From contig CALVSY010000004.1 of assembly GCA_944359725.1 (NCBI GenBank), positions 1,309 through 65,308 on the forward strand: a stretch of DNA of 64,000 bases, read 5' to 3'. Positions 1 to 9,617 of the stretch are shown one piece after another. Positions within the stretch are counted from its first letter, which is position 1. Every line of letters starts with the position of its first letter. A program made the position numbers and the translations under genes. Source of the DNA: an uncultured Bacilli bacterium (lineage in GTDB: Bacteria > Bacillota_I > Bacilli_A > RF39 > UBA660). The notes below the pieces were generated by a model. The model was not told the origin of the DNA, did not search any database, and saw only the letters and a program-made list of their open reading frames with translations.

Positions 1-768
1 TAATTAAGAATTGGTCTATAAAATTAGTAGAACAATATGGAAAAGGATATGATTCGTCTAATTTAAGAAGGATGCGTCAATTTTTTCTTGTTATTCAAAA
101 ATGCGGCCCAGCGGGCCACAAATTTAATCTTACATGGACTCATTGGAGATATTTGTTACCAATCAAAAACGAAAATGAAAGAAACTATTACATAAACCAG
201 TGTATATTAAATAACTTATCCAAAAGAGAGTTAATAAAACTAATAAAAGAAAAAGCGTTTGATAGATTATCATACGCTGATAAAGAAAACATAAAATTAA
301 TAGATAATAAAGACGAACCTAATTATAGTTTGAAAGATATGCTACTTGACCCAATCATAATAAAAGCACCAAATAAAGAAAAGTTAAGTGAGAAGATGCT
401 AAAAAAAATATATTATAGAAGAGTTAAGAGATATCTTTTTACAGTTAGGATCAGGCTTTTTATATGCAGGAAGTGAATATAAGATAAGTTATTTAGATAA
501 GAACTTTTATATAGATATGCTTTTGTTTAACACTAATTTAAATTGTTACATACCAGTAGAACTAAAACTAAATAAAACAAATTATAAAGATATCTCACAA
601 ATAAAGTTATACATGAGCCTAGTAGATAAGACGTTAAAGAAAAAGCATCATAACAAAACGATTGGACTTATAATATCAAAAGAAAATGATAAGTTTATAT
701 TACAATATGTAAATGATGAAGGGATTTATCTTATAACATATGAGTTAAATGAGTTAATTAAAATTTAG
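1..768 (+). pseudogene. YhcG/DUF1016-family PDDEXK nuclease; 5' end lies outside the window; frameshifted
   Basis: The frame is open from the window edge (IKNWSIKLVEQYGKGYDSSNLRRMRQFF...), which is typical of the DUF1016 N-terminus. The reading frame switches at the A8 run 401-408. After the run the shifted frame, which is the frame of ORF 517-768, reads EELRDIFLQLGSGFLYAGSEYKISYLDKNFYIDMLLFN...PVELK, the PD-(D/E)xK core. ORFs 72-476 and 517-768 are two halves of one gene. Confidence 0.7.
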
Positions 769-816
769 TAATTAACTTTTTTTAAATTATATTGTATAAT
801 ACCAAAAGAAATATGG

Positions 817-1441
817 GTGATTTGTTTGAAAATTAAAGAATTAAAACAAATGATGAATATTTTGCATAACCAGTGGGACCTGGGAGAAGAAGAATCAAAA
901 ACAACTGGACCTTGGTGTGCTTATTATTTATTGTTTGATATATTATCAAAAGCAGAGCGAATTATAATAAAAAAATTAGATAATAAAGTTATTGGTTTTT
1001 GTGCATATGAAAAAAGAGGTTCTAAAAAGTTTTTAATTAGGAAAAAATTTTTATAAATCATTGAAACTTTTAATAGTAAAAAGTCCTTTTATAAAAGATA
1101 AGAAAGCTTTTGTAAGATATAATAGATTGTATGATAAAATAGAATCTAAATTTGATAATAAATACGATGGAGATATTATTATTTTTATAGTTGATAAAAA
1201 ACACCAAGGAAATGGTTATGGAACTAAATTATTAAAAACAGCTTTTGATTTGGCTAAAAAAGATAACATGAAAAAACTAAAAATAGTGACAGATGATGAT
1301 TGTAACTATAAATATTATGAAAGTTTAGGTTTTAAAAAGATTTATGAAGAGCCCATTTATTTTGATAAAAATAAAAAGTATAAAGAGGAACAGTTTATTT
1401 ATGAGGTTAACTTAAAAGAAGGTGAAGAAAATGAAGTATGA
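817..1441 (+). pseudogene. GNAT-family N-acetyltransferase, apparently split by a frameshift
   Basis: ORF 817-1056 looks like a GNAT N-terminal half (...NKVIGFCAYEK...). ORF 1061-1441 carries the acetyl-CoA loop (HQGNGYGTKLL). The second frame is already open from 1037, so the halves join across the A6/T5 runs at 1042-1051. This could also be a sequencing error. Confidence 0.45.
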
Positions 1442-3245
1442 CATAATAGTTGTAGGAGCAGGTCACGCAGGCTGTGAAGCGGCCTTAGCATCTGCTAGAA
1501 TGGGTAAGAAGACACTTCTTGTTACGATAAACATTAATAACATAGCAGATATGCCATGTAATCCATCAATCGGTGGTAGTGCTAAAGGTATTGTTGTAAG
1601 GGAAATAGATGCTTTAGGCGGACAAATGGGGCGTAACGCTGATAAAACGTTACTACAAATAAAGATGCTTAATAGATCTAAAGGACCAGCAGTTAGAAGC
1701 TTAAGGAGCCAAGCTGATAAGGTAACTTATAAAAAAGAAATGTTAAAAACACTAGAGAATACCGAGAACTTAGAGATTTTAGAATCAATAGTTGCGGACC
1801 TAATGGTTGAAAATAACAAAATAAAAGGTATAACAACGGAAGATGGTAAAACGTTATATTGTGATGCTTGCATACTAACAACTGGCACTTACTTAAAGGC
1901 AGATATACTAGTTGGTGATAAAAGAACTCCTGAAGGTCCACATGGTGAGAAAAGATCTAATTTTTTAAGTGATAATTTAGCTAAACTAGGTTTTAAACTA
2001 CTTCGTTTAAAAACTGGAACACCTCCTAGAATAGAACGTTCCTCAATAGATTTTAGCGAGCTTTCACGTGAAGATGGCGATGATGAAGAGTTAACCTTTA
2101 GTTTTGATGACATAGCTTATTATGATTATAAAAATCAAGTACCATGTTACTTAACTTACACGAACGAAAAAACTCATAAAATAATCATGGATAACTTAAA
2201 TAAATCGGCAATGTACGGCGGATTTTATGAGCACCTAGGAACTGGTCCTAGATATTGTCCTTCAATTGAGGATAAAGTAGTAAGATTTAAGGATAAAGAA
2301 AGACACCAACTATTCTTAGAGCCAGAAAGTTTATATTATGACGACATATACTTACAAGGCTTTTCAACTTCTATGCCACATGATGTTCAAGAAGATATGG
2401 TGCATTCTTTAAAAGGGCTTGAGCACGCTAAAATATTAAGATATGCTTATGCAATTGAGTATGATGCAATAGATCCATTACAACTTAAACCATCTTTAGA
2501 GACAAAAGTAGTTGAAAACTTGTTTACCGCAGGACAAATAAACGGAACATCAGGTTATGAAGAAGCAGCGGGTCAAGGAATAATCGCAGGTATTAACGCC
2601 GTTTTAAAACTTAATAATAAAGAACCGTTAATATTATCTAGAAGTGATGCTTATATTGGAGTTTTAATAGATGATTTAGTAACTAAAGGAACGATTGAGC
2701 CATATAGACTACTTACCTCACGCGCTGAGTTTAGACTTCTTTTAAGAAGCGATAATGCTGATTTAAGATTAAGTAAAAAAGGATATGACGTAGGATTACT
2801 TTCTAAAGAAAGATATGATAAATTACTAAATAAGGAAAAGGAAATAAATGAGTTAGAAGAAGAGATTAAAACCATTACTTTTCCACAGGAAAAATGTAAT
2901 TTATCCGAATATTTAAAAAGACCAGAAGTTAAGATAATTGATTATAAAGAAAGATTTACTAAAAAATATTCTAAAGAAGTATTAGAGCAAGTAGAAATAA
3001 ATCATAAATATGAAGGTTACATAGCGAAAGCAAAAAAAGAAGCAGAAAAAATGATTAAATTAGGTAAAAAGCAAATACCAGATGACATTGATTATAAAAA
3101 GGTTGATAATTTAGCTACTGAAGCAAGACAAAAACTAGAGAAAATAAGACCAACAACGATAGATCAAGCAACCCGTATTAGTGGTGTTAACCCAAGCGAT
3201 ATAGCGATCCTTATGGTTTATTTAAAGAGGTATTATAATGAATAA
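1422..3245 (+). CDS. mnmG: tRNA uridine 5-carboxymethylaminomethyl modification enzyme MnmG (GidA)
   Basis: 607 aa with an N-terminal FAD motif (YDIIVVGAGHAGCEAA) and GidA-like conservation over its full length. Confidence 0.97.
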   Translation: MKKMKYDIIVVGAGHAGCEAALASARMGKKTLLVTININNIADMPCNPSIGGSAKGIVVREIDALGGQMGRNADKTLLQIKMLNRSKGPAVRSLRSQADKVTYKKEMLKTLENTENLEILESIVADLMVENNKIKGITTEDGKTLYCDACILTTGTYLKADILVGDKRTPEGPHGEKRSNFLSDNLAKLGFKLLRLKTGTPPRIERSSIDFSELSREDGDDEELTFSFDDIAYYDYKNQVPCYLTYTNEKTHKIIMDNLNKSAMYGGFYEHLGTGPRYCPSIEDKVVRFKDKERHQLFLEPESLYYDDIYLQGFSTSMPHDVQEDMVHSLKGLEHAKILRYAYAIEYDAIDPLQLKPSLETKVVENLFTAGQINGTSGYEEAAGQGIIAGINAVLKLNNKEPLILSRSDAYIGVLIDDLVTKGTIEPYRLLTSRAEFRLLLRSDNADLRLSKKGYDVGLLSKERYDKLLNKEKEINELEEEIKTITFPQEKCNLSEYLKRPEVKIIDYKERFTKKYSKEVLEQVEINHKYEGYIAKAKKEAEKMIKLGKKQIPDDIDYKKVDNLATEARQKLEKIRPTTIDQATRISGVNPSDIAILMVYLKRYYNE

Positions 3246-3939
3246 AGAAGAATTTGTAAAAGCCTTAGAATGTTTAAACATAAATTTAACTGAAAAACAG
3301 TTAAATGATTTAGATACCTATTATAAGATGTTAATAGAGTATAACACTCATACTAACTTAACTAGAATAACCGAGGAAAAAGAAGTTTACTTAAAACATT
3401 TTTATGATAGTTTAACCTTAGTTAAAGCGGTTAATTTAAGTGATCAAACGCTTTTAGATATAGGATCGGGAGCTGGTTTCCCCGGGCTTGTTTTAAAAAT
3501 AGTTTTTCCTAACTTAAAAGTTGTTTTATTAGATTCTTTAAATAAAAGAATTACGTTTTTAAACTCTGTTATAGAAAAACTAAATTTAAAAGATATAAAA
3601 GCTGTTCATGATAGAGCGGAGGAATATGCTAAAGAAAATAAAGAAAGTTTTGATATAGTAACATCTCGTGCGGTTGCGAATTTAAATATGTTATCTGAGT
3701 TATCACTTCCTTTTGTAAAACAAGAAGGCTTTTTTATTCCAATGAAAGCAGATGCTAAAGAAGAGATAAAAAACGCCCAAAACGCCATTAAAACACTTGG
3801 AGGAGTTATAAAAGATACCATTGTTTTTTCACTTCCAAACGAAAATGGAATAAGAACACTAATAAAAATCCAAAAAATAAGTAAAACAAATGGAAAATAT
3901 CCTAGAAAATTTAGTGAAATTAAAAAAAAGCCATTGTAA
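3238..3939 (+). CDS. rsmG: 16S rRNA (guanine527-N7)-methyltransferase RsmG (GidB)
   Basis: 233 aa with a SAM motif (LDIGSGAGFPGLVLKI). It overlaps the mnmG stop by 8 nt, the classical gidA-gidB pairing. Confidence 0.95.
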   Translation: MNKEEFVKALECLNINLTEKQLNDLDTYYKMLIEYNTHTNLTRITEEKEVYLKHFYDSLTLVKAVNLSDQTLLDIGSGAGFPGLVLKIVFPNLKVVLLDSLNKRITFLNSVIEKLNLKDIKAVHDRAEEYAKENKESFDIVTSRAVANLNMLSELSLPFVKQEGFFIPMKADAKEEIKNAQNAIKTLGGVIKDTIVFSLPNENGIRTLIKIQKISKTNGKYPRKFSEIKKKPL

Positions 3940-3952
3940 TAAGGCTTTTTTT
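3926..3952 (+). terminator. Rho-independent terminator after rsmG
   Basis: Stem AAAAGCC (3926-3932) pairs with GGCTTTT (3943-3949) and is followed by a T-run. The rsmG stop codon lies in the loop. Confidence 0.55.
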
Positions 3953-3987
3953 ATTGTATGATTTATTTAAGGATAGGGGTTGATAAA

Positions 3988-5259
3988 ATGTTTGATAATA
4001 ACCAATTTAATAATATGAATAATAACAATCAAAATTTTAATAATCAAAATAATGATATGTATTCTAATTTTTCAAATAATGCTTATAATACTACTACTGC
4101 GAATAATAACGTTTATCAAGGAATGCAACCTTGGCAGCAAACAAGTAATATGCAAAGCAGTTTAAACACGGTTAATGATAATTTTTCTACCCTACAAAAT
4201 GATCTTTATAATCCAAAAAATTACGCAAATAATGACGTTGATATTCCGCCTGAGTTAGGAGAAATTAAAAATCTAAATGAAGCGACGATATCTTCCGCGC
4301 CTACAATGGACGTATTAGGACCAATGAACATTATGCCTGATAAATTGCCAAATCAAAATGATCCTTTAGAAGCATATGAAAATGGTTCATTAAATTTAAA
4401 TAATTTAAATAGGCCTAGTAACTATAAAAATGATTTTAATCAAACATCTCCAAATGATTTTAATAATGCTTCATCGATTTTACAACCAAATAATTTTAAT
4501 TCTAATTTTAGTGGTATTCCATTTGGAAATAATCTTAACAACTTTAATAACAGCTTAAGTGGCATGCCACTTGAAAATAACACTAATAGTGTTGATAATA
4601 ATTATAGTAATAATCAAACCGGTATAAATAATTTTCCATCACAATTTAATTCTTTAAACAAAGAAGATTCGTTTAATACGCCGCTTAGTAATTTAGATGA
4701 TACAACTTCGTTTAATGCTATGAATGATGATTTACCACTATCTCAATTAAGTAGTTCATACGATACAAAGAAAGATAACGTAAGTAATGAATTAGTTAGT
4801 GAAAATAAATCTAATGATTTAAAAGAAGATAGTTTACCAGATTTTAATTCTTCAGTTTTAAATCAAGATAAAGAAGATGTTGTAGAAACTAGCACTTTAG
4901 ATTCTAATGACTCAAATTCTTTAGATGAATTAAAAGAAGACGATAACAAACCTTATAGTATAGAAGATAACGCAAGTTTAAATGAACTAGGTATTGATGA
5001 TAGTTATGAGGAGCCCGATTCTTTAGAAATAATGGATTTAGACTCATCAAAAGATGAGGATGAAAAAGAGGTTTTAGAAGATACTAAAGAAGTAGAAAAA
5101 GAAGAATTAAATAAAACCTCTGAACCTAAATTAGTAATAGATGATGTTGAAAAAATTAAATCATTAATAGAAGATTTAAAAAGGTCTGGATCAAATATAG
5201 AAATAGAAGAATTTGATTTTGAAGAAATGTATCAATTAATAATAAAATTAAAAAAATAA
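3988..5259 (+). CDS. Asn/Gln-rich low-complexity protein with acidic C-terminal half; unknown function
   Basis: An AGGGG Shine-Dalgarno sits 8 nt before ATG 3988 (MFDNNQFNNMNNNNQNFNNQNN...). There is no TM segment or signal peptide. The last ~45 aa (KLVIDDVEKIKSLIEDLKRSGSNIEIEEFDFEEMYQLIIKLKK) look foldable. Confidence 0.6.
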   Translation: MFDNNQFNNMNNNNQNFNNQNNDMYSNFSNNAYNTTTANNNVYQGMQPWQQTSNMQSSLNTVNDNFSTLQNDLYNPKNYANNDVDIPPELGEIKNLNEATISSAPTMDVLGPMNIMPDKLPNQNDPLEAYENGSLNLNNLNRPSNYKNDFNQTSPNDFNNASSILQPNNFNSNFSGIPFGNNLNNFNNSLSGMPLENNTNSVDNNYSNNQTGINNFPSQFNSLNKEDSFNTPLSNLDDTTSFNAMNDDLPLSQLSSSYDTKKDNVSNELVSENKSNDLKEDSLPDFNSSVLNQDKEDVVETSTLDSNDSNSLDELKEDDNKPYSIEDNASLNELGIDDSYEEPDSLEIMDLDSSKDEDEKEVLEDTKEVEKEELNKTSEPKLVIDDVEKIKSLIEDLKRSGSNIEIEEFDFEEMYQLIIKLKK

Positions 5260-5306
5260 AGGTTATTATAATAGCCTTTTTTTGTTATAATAAAAAAGGA
5301 GGAAAT

Positions 5307-5753
5307 ATGAAAATAGGAATTGCAAATGATCATAGAGCATATGATGTAAAAGAAAAATTAAAAAATTTATTAGATGATTATGACGTAACTGATTTTGGAT
5401 GCTTTTCAAATGAAAGTGTAGATTTTCCAAAATATGCGTTTCCACTTGCAGAAGCCGTTAAAAAAGGCGAGGTTGATTTAGGAATTGCTATATGTGGAAC
5501 TGGAATAGGTTTTTCAATAGCTTGTAACAAGGTAAAAGGTATTCGTTGTGCTAAGGTAAATAGTAAAGAAGAAGCAACACTTGCAAAACAACACAATAAC
5601 GCAAACATTTTAGCTTTTGGCGCTAATTATTTTGACGAAAAACAAATTAAAGAAATGTTTGATGCTTTTGTAAATTCGACATTTAATCCGGATCCAAAGT
5701 ATAAAATAAGAAATGATGAGATAGCAAAATACGAGGATAATAATGAGTATTAA
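5307..5753 (+). CDS. rpiB: Ribose-5-phosphate isomerase B (LacAB/RpiB family)
   Basis: 148 aa; MKIGIANDHRAY...ICGTGIGFSIACNKVKGIRCA is the RpiB active-site region. Confidence 0.88.
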   Translation: MKIGIANDHRAYDVKEKLKNLLDDYDVTDFGCFSNESVDFPKYAFPLAEAVKKGEVDLGIAICGTGIGFSIACNKVKGIRCAKVNSKEEATLAKQHNNANILAFGANYFDEKQIKEMFDAFVNSTFNPDPKYKIRNDEIAKYEDNNEY

Positions 5754-5940
5754 ATTAATTTTGTACTGTATCTTTATCCCTTTTAGCATTTGGATAATGA
5801 CATCTACAAACCTAGATAAAATATTTAAAAAAAATAGTATAATGCAAATACATTCATTATACATTGCATTATCAATCGGACTATCTTATTTAATAGTTAA
5901 TTTCTTAATGGATATTTATAATACGGTAAGTCTTCTTTAA
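5743..5940 (+). CDS. Small two-TM membrane protein, DUF1146 (YwzB-like)
   Basis: 65 aa and hydrophobic, with a central LDKIFKKNS motif as in YwzB. It lies directly upstream of spoIID, in the same neighbourhood as in Bacillus. Confidence 0.55.
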   Translation: MSIKLILYCIFIPFSIWIMTSTNLDKIFKKNSIMQIHSLYIALSIGLSYLIVNFLMDIYNTVSLL

Positions 5941-5944
5941 GGGG

Positions 5945-6877
5945 ATGATAAAATTGAAAAAGGTTCTTTTATTTACTTTAATAATAATATTAATACCACT
6001 TTTAATTATTGGTTTAAGTAATTCAAGTAACTTATTATATAAAATTAAGTATGGTAGTATAAATAATAAAGTAATAAAAGTAAAAAGGAATGAAACAAAA
6101 ACGGTTGAAAGTGTTCCTCTTGAAAAATACGTACTTGGAGTAGTTGCAGGCGAGATGCCTGCTTCCTTTGATATTGAAGCCTTAAAAGCACAAGCGGTTG
6201 CATCAAGAACCTATGCTTTAAACAAAGCACAAAATAATAAAACTGATTATGACGTAGATGATGGAACGTCAAGTCAAGTATACATAGATGAAGAGCAAAT
6301 GAAAGAAAAGTGGCAAGACAGTTATGAGGAGAATTTATCTAAAATTAAAGAAGCAGTAGCAGACACTAAGGGTGAAGTTATTTTATATAACAATAATATA
6401 ATTGATGCTATGTTTTTTTCAACAAGTAATGGTTATACTGAAAATAGTGATGATGTTTTTCAAAATAGCATGCCATATTTAAAAAGTGTTGAATCTAAGT
6501 GGGATAAAGAAGAATCACCTGTTTTTTCAAGCACTAAAGAAGTAAGTAAAACAGAATTTTTATTTAACTTAAATCTTCCTAGCAACACTAATATTAGTAT
6601 AGATAATATTACTAAAACTAATACAGGAAGAGTAAAAACAATAACGATAAATGGAAAAACTTTTGAATCAAGTAAGATAAGAAGCGCTTTTAATTTAAGA
6701 TCAACAAGTTTTAACATAGAACTAAAAGATGACAAAGTTATTTTTAACGTAAATGGTTATGGTCATGGCGTTGGTATGAGTCAGTATGGCGCTAACGGAA
6801 TGGCAAAGAAAGGTTATAATTATCAGGATATTTTAAATCATTATTATCAAAATTGTGAAATTAAAAAAATAAGTTAA
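5945..6877 (+). CDS. spoIID: Stage II sporulation protein D (lytic transglycosylase)
   Basis: 310 aa with an N-terminal TM. It carries the SpoIID motifs EMPASFDIEALKAQAVASRTYAL and GYGHGVGMSQYGA. The true start may be TTG 5954, given the spacing from the AAGGGG Shine-Dalgarno. Confidence 0.92.
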   Translation: MIKLKKVLLFTLIIILIPLLIIGLSNSSNLLYKIKYGSINNKVIKVKRNETKTVESVPLEKYVLGVVAGEMPASFDIEALKAQAVASRTYALNKAQNNKTDYDVDDGTSSQVYIDEEQMKEKWQDSYEENLSKIKEAVADTKGEVILYNNNIIDAMFFSTSNGYTENSDDVFQNSMPYLKSVESKWDKEESPVFSSTKEVSKTEFLFNLNLPSNTNISIDNITKTNTGRVKTITINGKTFESSKIRSAFNLRSTSFNIELKDDKVIFNVNGYGHGVGMSQYGANGMAKKGYNYQDILNHYYQNCEIKKIS

Positions 6878-6930
6878 TTAATGTATATTTTCTCTCATTT
6901 GGTAAAAACTTAAAATGAGAGGTGATAATA

Positions 6931-7572
6931 ATGAAAAAAAGAAAGTTAAAACCATTTGTAAAAGTAACGATTATTAGTATCTTATTCGTAGCATTTGTAG
7001 TAACCGCAGGGATATTAGCAAATAATCAAACATCTTTAGCATCAAATGTAGATGATGATTATGTTTATGTTAATGACTATATATTTGATAGTTATTATCC
7101 AGTAGTAAATCAAGATGAGAAAATACAAAGACCATATGCTGCCGAAAACATAAGTGTTTATAAAAGTTTTTATGAGCAAGATGCAAGTGAAGAGGAACAG
7201 CAGAACTCAATAATTTATCATGAAGGAATTTACATGCAAAATTCTGGAGTTGATTATTCATCAGAAGAAAGTTTTGATGTTTTATCATCCTTATCAGGAA
7301 CAGTAACAGATGTTAAAGAAGATACACTACTTGGAAAAACCGTTGAAATAAGAAACTCTAGTGAAGTAGTTACTTTATATCAATGTTTATCTGACGTATC
7401 AGTAAAAAAAGGAGATACTATTGCTCAAGGACAGGTAATTGCACAAAGTGGTACGTGCGTACTTAATGGGGATGTTAAAAATGGCTTACACTTTGAAATG
7501 TATAAAAATGGCACGGTAATCAATCCTGAAAAATATTACGATAAATCCGTAAAAGAATTAACGGATAATTAA
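6931..7572 (+). CDS. spoIIQ: SpoIIQ-like membrane-anchored LytM (M23) domain protein with degenerate metal site
   Basis: A GAGGTG Shine-Dalgarno sits 6 nt before ATG 6931. The protein has an N-terminal TM and a C-terminal LytM fold (...GLHFEMYKNGTVINP). It sits between spoIID and spoIIID, as in clostridial and Bacillus sporulation clusters. Confidence 0.7.
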   Translation: MKKRKLKPFVKVTIISILFVAFVVTAGILANNQTSLASNVDDDYVYVNDYIFDSYYPVVNQDEKIQRPYAAENISVYKSFYEQDASEEEQQNSIIYHEGIYMQNSGVDYSSEESFDVLSSLSGTVTDVKEDTLLGKTVEIRNSSEVVTLYQCLSDVSVKKGDTIAQGQVIAQSGTCVLNGDVKNGLHFEMYKNGTVINPEKYYDKSVKELTDN

Positions 7573-7609
7573 TAAGTAAAGGTTTTAAATTATATAATTT
7601 ATAAAGGAG

Positions 7610-7867
7610 ATGAATAACTTGCCTTATGATATTAAAGCAAGAGTATTAAAAGAAGCTGATTATATAATTAAAACTAGTAAAACAATAAGAGAAATATCAA
7701 AGTATTTTAAAGTTAGTAAATCAACCGTTCATAATGATTTAAGTAAAAGACTTAAAAGCATTGATTTAAACTTATATGATAAGGTAAATCAAATATTAAT
7801 TTATCATTATAGAATTAAACATTTAAATGGTGGAGAAAAAACTAAATTAAAATACTTAAAAGGGTAA
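7610..7867 (+). CDS. spoIIID: Sporulation transcriptional regulator SpoIIID
   Basis: 85 aa with the HTH KVSKSTVHNDLSKRL and the C-terminal motif HYRIKHLNGGEKTKLKY, characteristic of SpoIIID. Confidence 0.92.
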   Translation: MNNLPYDIKARVLKEADYIIKTSKTIREISKYFKVSKSTVHNDLSKRLKSIDLNLYDKVNQILIYHYRIKHLNGGEKTKLKYLKG

Positions 7868-7868
7868 A

Positions 7869-8846
7869 ATGAGAAATAAAGATATAGGAATTGATTTAGG
7901 AACAGCCAACATACTTATATATGTCAAAGGAGAAGGAATAGTCCTTTGTGAGCCTAGTGTTGTTGCAATTGATAAAGAAAGTGGAAAAGTACTCGCAATC
8001 GGTAAACAAGCCCATGATATGCTTGGAAGAACACCTGGAAGTGTTATCGCAATGAGGCCTTTAAAAGATGGGGTTATAGCAGATTTTGATAAAACTGAAA
8101 TAATGCTTGATTATTTTATAAAAAAAATAAAAGGAAGAACCATTTTTTCAAGGCCAAGGATTCTTATATGTTGTCCTTCTAACATTACTCAAGTAGAGAA
8201 AAATGCAATAAGAGAAGTAGCGGAAAGAACTGGTGCAAAAAAAGTATACGTAGAAGAAGAACCAAAAGTAGCGGCCGTAGGAGCAGGGCTTGAAATATCT
8301 AGTCCTAGTGGTAACATGGTAATTGATATCGGTGGGGGAACAACTGATATTGCCGTGTTAAGTTTAAATGGAATAGTTTATAGTGAATCAATAAAAGTTG
8401 CTGGTAATACTTTTGACGTTGATATTATTAAGTATATAAAAAATAAGTATAAGTTATTAATTGGAGAAGTAACCGCAGAACAAATAAAAATTAAAATAGG
8501 AACTGTTTTAAATAAAGAAAAACAAAAACAGATAAAGGTAAGAGGAAGAGATCTTCTAACGGGTCTTCCAAAAACAATTACCGTAACTTCAAACGAAGTA
8601 AAAGAAGCAATAAAAGATAGTATAAATATGATAATTCATGCTGCAAAAATGGTGCTTGAAAAAATAGAGCCAGAAATATCAGCAGACATAATTGAAAATG
8701 GAATAGTTTTAACCGGTGGTGGATCATTAATAGAAGGTTTGGATAAGTTAATTGAAAAAGAGCTAAAAGTACCAACTAAAATGGCCGATAGTCCGCTTAC
8801 ATGTGTAGCAGAAGGAACAGGAATAATATTAGATAATTTAGTTTAA
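7869..8846 (+). CDS. mbl: Rod-shape determining actin homolog MreB/Mbl
   Basis: 325 aa with the motifs IGIDLGTANILIY and DIGGGTTDIAV. It lies downstream of spoIIID, as mbl does in Bacillus. Confidence 0.93.
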   Translation: MRNKDIGIDLGTANILIYVKGEGIVLCEPSVVAIDKESGKVLAIGKQAHDMLGRTPGSVIAMRPLKDGVIADFDKTEIMLDYFIKKIKGRTIFSRPRILICCPSNITQVEKNAIREVAERTGAKKVYVEEEPKVAAVGAGLEISSPSGNMVIDIGGGTTDIAVLSLNGIVYSESIKVAGNTFDVDIIKYIKNKYKLLIGEVTAEQIKIKIGTVLNKEKQKQIKVRGRDLLTGLPKTITVTSNEVKEAIKDSINMIIHAAKMVLEKIEPEISADIIENGIVLTGGGSLIEGLDKLIEKELKVPTKMADSPLTCVAEGTGIILDNLV

Positions 8847-8848
8847 GG

Positions 8849-8872
8849 GAATTCTTAGGAATTCTTTTTTTA
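8849..8872 (+). terminator. Rho-independent terminator after mbl
   Basis: GAATTC (8849-8854) pairs with GAATTC (8859-8864) across loop TTAG, followed by a T-run. Confidence 0.7.
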
Positions 8873-8906
8873 TTTTTATGATATAATTAAAATCGGGTGA
8901 GTAGTA

Positions 8907-9617
8907 ATGATTAACTTTATAATTTGCGATGATAATAAATATGTTAGAGAAGTAAACGAAAGAGTTATTTCTAAAATCGCTATGCCATACGACTTTAACT
9001 ATAATATTTACACGTTTGATAAATACACAATAAAGTTAAAGAATTTAATAAACACTCCATCAGATATAAATATCTACATACTTGATTTAGAACTTCCAAA
9101 TAAATCAGGTGTTGATATCGCAAAAGAAATAAGAAAAGTAGATTGGGATAGCATTATAGTAATATTAACTTCTCATGAAGAATTAGAATTAACTTTACTA
9201 AAACAAAAATTATTAATATTAGATTTTATATCAAAATTTGATAATTATGAAGAAAGATTAACGGAAACCATAAAGATGGTAATCGGTAAAATTAAAAATA
9301 AAAAGATAATAAGTTTTAGATGTAATAAAGAGATACATCACGTAAAATTAGATAATATTATATATGTTTATAGAGATAATGCACTTGAAAAAACAACAAT
9401 TGTAACAACCGAAGATGAGTATCCGATAAGAGAATCCTTAACTGATATAGTAAAAAAGTTAGATAAAAGGTTTGTGCAGACTCACAGAGCCTGCTTTGTT
9501 AATAAAGAAAAAATAGAAAGTGTTGATTTTAAAAGAGGTATAATTTATTTTGTTAATGATACTAGTATAGATTATTTATCAAGAAATTTTAAGAAAGAAT
9601 TGAGGGAGTTGCTATGA
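8907..9617 (+). CDS. agrA: LytTR-family response regulator (AgrA-like)
   Basis: The receiver domain has the phospho-acceptor context IYILDLELPNKSG. The C-terminal LytTR domain reads HHVKLDNIIYVY...FVQTHRACFVNKEKI. Confidence 0.88.
   Translation: MINFIICDDNKYVREVNERVISKIAMPYDFNYNIYTFDKYTIKLKNLINTPSDINIYILDLELPNKSGVDIAKEIRKVDWDSIIVILTSHEELELTLLKQKLLILDFISKFDNYEERLTETIKMVIGKIKNKKIISFRCNKEIHHVKLDNIIYVYRDNALEKTTIVTTEDEYPIRESLTDIVKKLDKRFVQTHRACFVNKEKIESVDFKRGIIYFVNDTSIDYLSRNFKKELRELL

Noticed and set aside
2063-2072. TTCACGTGAA palindrome inside mnmG, resembling the core of a parS site (TGTTNCACGTGAAACA).
   Set aside because: Only the central 10-11 of 16 positions match and the flanks differ. It lies in a conserved coding region. 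No better parS candidate was seen within or near parB either.
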